From assembly GCA_012295275.1 (NCBI GenBank), contig CM022665.1, positions 48,546,001 through 48,610,000 of the forward strand: 64,000 nucleotides of DNA. Reading direction: 5' to 3'. This DNA is from Chrysomallon squamiferum (Eukaryota > Animalia > Mollusca). Under the pieces are notes generated by a model. That model did no database searches, had not been told where the DNA came from, and saw nothing but the letters and a program-made list of their open reading frames with translations. Positions 59,195-64,000 of this stretch are shown piece after piece. Each line of letters begins with the position of its first letter. The stretch's first letter is position 1. The position numbers and the translations under genes were made by a program.

Positions 59195-61990
59195 GTTTAT
59201 CAGCAGTGCACGTATTTTCGTAAGTCTGTCTTTATCAGCACTGCAGTATTTTCTTAATGCTGTCTTTATCAGCAGTGCACGTATTTTCGTAAGTCTGTCT
59301 TTATCAGCACTGCAGTATTTTCTTAATACTGTCTTTATCAGCACTGCACGTATTTTCGTAAGTCTGTCTTTATCAGCACTGCAGTATTTTCTTAATACTG
59401 TCTTTATCAGCACTGCAGTATTTTCTTAATACTGTCTTTATCAGTCTCTTTATCAGCACTGCAGTATTTTCTTAATACTGTCTTTATCAGCACTGCACGT
59501 ATTTTCTTAATACTGTCTTTATCAGCACTGTTTTCTTTATCATCAGCACTGCAGTATTTTCTTAATACTGTCTTTATCAGCACTGCAGTATTTTCTTAAT
59601 ACTGTCTTTATCAGCACTGCAGTATTTTCTTAATACTGTCTTTATCAGCACTGCATTTTTTCTTAATACTGTCTTTATCAGCACTGCAGTATTTTCTTAA
59701 TACTGTCTTTATCAGCACTGCAGTATTTTCTTAATACTGTCTTTATCAGCACTGCACGTATTTTCTTAATACTGTCTTTATCAGCACTGCACGTATTTTC
59801 TTAATACTGTCTTTATCAGCACTGCACGTATTTTCTTAATACTGTCTTTATCAGCACTGCAGTATTTTTCTGTCTTTATCATGCACGTATTTTCTTAATA
59901 CTGTCTTTATCAGCACTGTCTTTTCTTAATCACTGTCTTTATTTTCAATACTGTCCATCAGCACTGCACGTATTTTCTTAATACTGTCTTTATCAGTATT
60001 TTTTATCAGCACTGCACGTATTTTCGTAATGCTGTCTTTATCAGCCATACACGTATTTTCTTAATACTGTCTTTATCAGCACTGCACGTATTTTCTTAAT
60101 ACTGTCTTTATCAGCACTGCACGTATTTTCTTAATACTGTCTTTATCAGCACTGCAGTATTTTCTTAATACTGTCTTTATCAGCACTGCACGTATTTTCT
60201 TAATACTGTCTTTATCAGCACTGCACGTAATTTTCTTAATGCTGTCTTTATCAGCACTGCACGTATTTTCTTAATACTGTCTTTATCAGCACTGCACGTA
60301 TTTTCGTAAGTCAGTCTCTGTCAATACTGCACGTAATTTTCGTAATCCTGTCTTTATCAGCCATGCACGTATTTTCTTAATGCTATCAGCCATACGTTTC
60401 GTTATGCAGTCTCTATCAATACTGCACGTATTTTCGTAAGTCTGTCTCTATCAATACTGCACGTAATTTTCGTAATCCTGTCTTTATCAGCCATGCACGT
60501 ATTTTCGTAATGCTGTCTTTATCAGCACTGCACGTATTTTCGTAAGTCTGTCTCTATCAGCAGTGCACGTATTTTCGTAATCCTGTCTTTATCAGCCATG
60601 CACGTATTTTCGTAATCCTGTCTCTATCAGCAGTGCACGTATTTTCGTAATGCTGTCTTTATCAACACTGCACGTATTTTCGTAAGTCTGTCTCTATCAA
60701 TACTGCACGTAATTTTCGTAATCCTGTCTTTATCAGCCATACACGTATTTTCGTAATGCTGTCTTTATCAGCCATACACGTACTGCACGTATTTTCGTAA
60801 TGCTGTCTTTATCAACACTGCACGTATTTTCGTAATGCTGTCTTTATCAGCCATACACGTATTTTCGTAATGCTGTCTTTATCAGCACTGCACGTATTTT
60901 CGTAATGCTGTCTTTATCAGCACTGCACGTATTTTCTTAATACTGTCTTTATCAGCACTGCAGTATTTTCTTAATACTGTCTTTATCAGCACTGCACGTA
61001 TTTTCTTAAGTCTGTCTTTATCAGCACTGCACGTATTTTCTTAAGTCTGTCTTTATCAGCACTGCACGTATTTTCGTAATGCTGTCTTTATCAGCACTGC
61101 ACGTAATTTTCTTAATGCTGTCTTTATCAGCACTGCACGTATTTTCTTAATACTGTCTTTATCAGCACTGCACGTATTTTCGTAAGTCAGTCTCTGTCAA
61201 TACTGCACGTAATTTTCGTAATCCTGTCTTTATCAGCCATGCACGTATTTTCTTAATGCTATCAGCCATACGTTTCGTTATGCAGTCTCTATCAATACTG
61301 CACGTATTTTCGTAAGTCTGTCTCTATCAATACTGCACGTAATTTTCGTAATCCTGTCTTTATCAGCCATGCACGTATTTTCGTAATGCTGTCTTTATCA
61401 GCACTGCACGTATTTTCGTAAGTCTGTCTCTATCAGCAGTGCACGTATTTTCGTAATCCTGTCTTTATCAGCCATGCACGTATTTTCGTAATCCTGTCTC
61501 TATCAGCAGTGCACGTATTTTCGTAATGCTGTCTTTATCAACACTGCACGTATTTTCGTAAGTCTGTCTCTATCAATACTGCACGTAATTTTCGTAATCC
61601 TGTCTTTATCAGCCATACACGTATTTTCGTAATGCTGTCTTTATCAACACTGCACGTATTTTCGTAAGTCTGTCTCTATCAATACTGCACGTAATTTTCG
61701 TAATCCTGTTTGTATCAACCATGCATGTACTTTTCATAATGCTGTCTTTATCAGCACTGCACGTATTTTCGTAATGCTGTCTTTATCAGCACTGCACGTA
61801 TTTTCGTAAGTCTGTCTTTATCAGCACTGCATGTATTTTCGTAATGCTATCATCATACGTTTCGTTATGAAGTCTCTATCAATACTGCACGTAATTTTCG
61901 TAATCCTGTCTTTATAAACCATGCACGTACTTTTCGTAATGCTGTCTCTATCAACCATTCATGTATTTTTCATAATGCTATTTTTATCAA
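59195..61990. repeat. 34-36-bp minisatellite with internal block duplication
   Basis: Unit ctgtctttatcagcactgca(c)gtattttc(t/g)taat(a/g). Confidence 0.97.
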
Positions 61991-62883
61991 CACAATCTTT
62001 CATAAAAGACATTTCGGTATAAACACTGTGATTACTTGGTGACACGCCTATCTTTTTTGTTCGCTCTGAAAATAATATTGTTCACGGATAGCAGGGAAAA
62101 CTTAATACATATCTTTATTTTTGAGGACGTTGCCTCGTGAACTGAATGAAGAATTGTGGGTAAAATATCATCATAATGCATCTGTCATCTAGCAGTAATC
62201 AGTGAAATTATCTTTTTTGTTGTTAAATATGCTGAATGACTAAGTAGTAAAGATTTTTTTTTTTTTTTTTTTTCACTTATAGGAATGTGACTGGTTTTAC
62301 TTTACCTATTTTATCACAGTGTCGAGGTTACATTTTATTTTTCCTTTCTCAAATATAAATCGCGTAATTTCAATTATAAAGAACATAATTGTAAACGTTT
62401 AGCGTTTCTTCTCACAGAAACGTTTAGATTCTATTGTGAAGGACGTTACAGTGAGTGAGCACATTAATTTAAATGATATGATGAGCTGATTTTTCATGAT
62501 TAACGCTCTATGCTAAACCAACTCTGATACTAATTTATTAACCCAACTAGCATATTTTTTTACCCAAAGGTGGCCCACAGATGACGTCATCAGATAAACG
62601 AGGTAGCAGGGAATATATTTATTTACAAATTATTATTATTATTTTTTATTTATCAAACATACACTGTCACATTTAATGTGGGGTTTTTTTTATTCTTTTT
62701 TTTTCTCTGACATCGAGCATAAAATATATACATGAAGAACAGTGGACAGTGAGTAAGTTAAAACAGAGGTTAGTTAGTGGTGTTGTCATTATCATTGTTA
62801 TCTCACAACTTCACGTTCATTCCATGTCAGGTCACCAAGCCTCTCTGATTTTTCTGAAGATTGGTATTTACGCTAACTGAGGC

Positions 62884-62885
<2 letters not shown>

Positions 62886-62970
<85 letters not shown>
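62886..62970. repeat. (GA)n microsatellite
   Basis: Pure run. Confidence 0.97.
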
Positions 62971-62973
<3 letters not shown>

Positions 62974-64000
62974 ATACACACACACATACTCAGAAAGTGA
63001 GTGAGAGAGTGAGACAGACACACAGAGAGAGAGACAGAGAGGGGACAGTTTATAATTTTCTAATCTTCAGAACAAAAATATCTTTCACTGTGATACAGAC
63101 AGAAGCGGAAGGACAACCTCCCCAGTAGCTGGAGCTGAATGATTGTACTGTATTTCCAGTTTTGATTCACAGATGAAAAATTGTTTATGCTATTTGGATT
63201 CATATGTTTTGCCCCCACCCCATAAATAAATGGTTGATACGTCTATAATAATAATAACAACACAATTGACAAGAGCAACAGCAACAACAACAACAACAAC
63301 AACAACAATAATAATAACAACGACTCAACAATAATAACAACAACAACAACAACAATAAATAAATAAATAAATTGATTAAAAAAAAATCAATAAATAAAAG
63401 CGGAATTTACATATCATGAAATTGCTTCCAAGTTTGACAAAAAAGTATCCTAAAGGGAAAAAAAAAAAAATCAAAAAAAAAAATTAAAATTAAAAAAAAA
63501 AAAAAATAATAATAATAAATAAATAAATAAAAATCAACAACAACAAAAAAAGAAAAAAGAATGAACGAACACACCAAACCTCTGAAAAATAAAATTAGCA
63601 ATATGAATTGATATTTGCGAGTAAAATGACCACTCTGTAATTTTCCTGGTTATTTATCGGAATGACGTCATTGCATTGTTGAGACATTTGACGTCACAAA
63701 AATCACCAATGACCATAACATTTATCATACTGTTTTCCTGCGTTTTCTATTTCTGGAATTACGTAACTTGAATCCAAATGTCGTAATTTTTATTTCAGAT
63801 TTCAATATAAATATTCTGGTAGCATTAATTTTAAATAAAACGCTGTAGTATTTCACAAAATAAATCGAATAGTTCATTTTGGAGTGCCACTCATTTAATA
63901 TCATAAATATTAATTGTTATATTTAAAGAAAAAAAAAAAATCAGGACTAATCAACAAGCTGGTACGTTTAATTTTTGTGAAACAGTTTATTGTTATTATT

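Overview
Eukaryotic (invertebrate, probably mollusc/gastropod; inferred from composition and repeat style) AT-rich DNA dominated by micro- and minisatellites. Almost all entries in the ORF track are translations of simple repeats. The real gene signal is on the minus strand: the 5' region of a type IV diacylglycerol kinase gene (DGKzeta/iota, Drosophila rdgA family), whose catalytic exons would lie left of position 1. A candidate housekeeping-type promoter lies at ~54.7 kb. Four candidate alternative first coding exons (50169-50281, 23626-23666, 10225-10259, 607-1423) all end in a split Arg codon at a phase-2 GT donor, so any of them could splice onto one common downstream exon (expected R|KAI...). 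The long exon resembles the rdgA long N-terminus, carries repeated LxVP/LxIP + RSxS-hydrophobic-D modules, and is broken by a 1-nt frameshift at 845-869. The window also shows a minisatellite apparently born inside one copy of a duplicated element, hairpin-containing and modular minisatellites, and probable long-read consensus artefacts. No prokaryotic-type system, CRISPR array, rRNA or intact tRNA is supported. Family assignments are from recalled motifs, not database searches.
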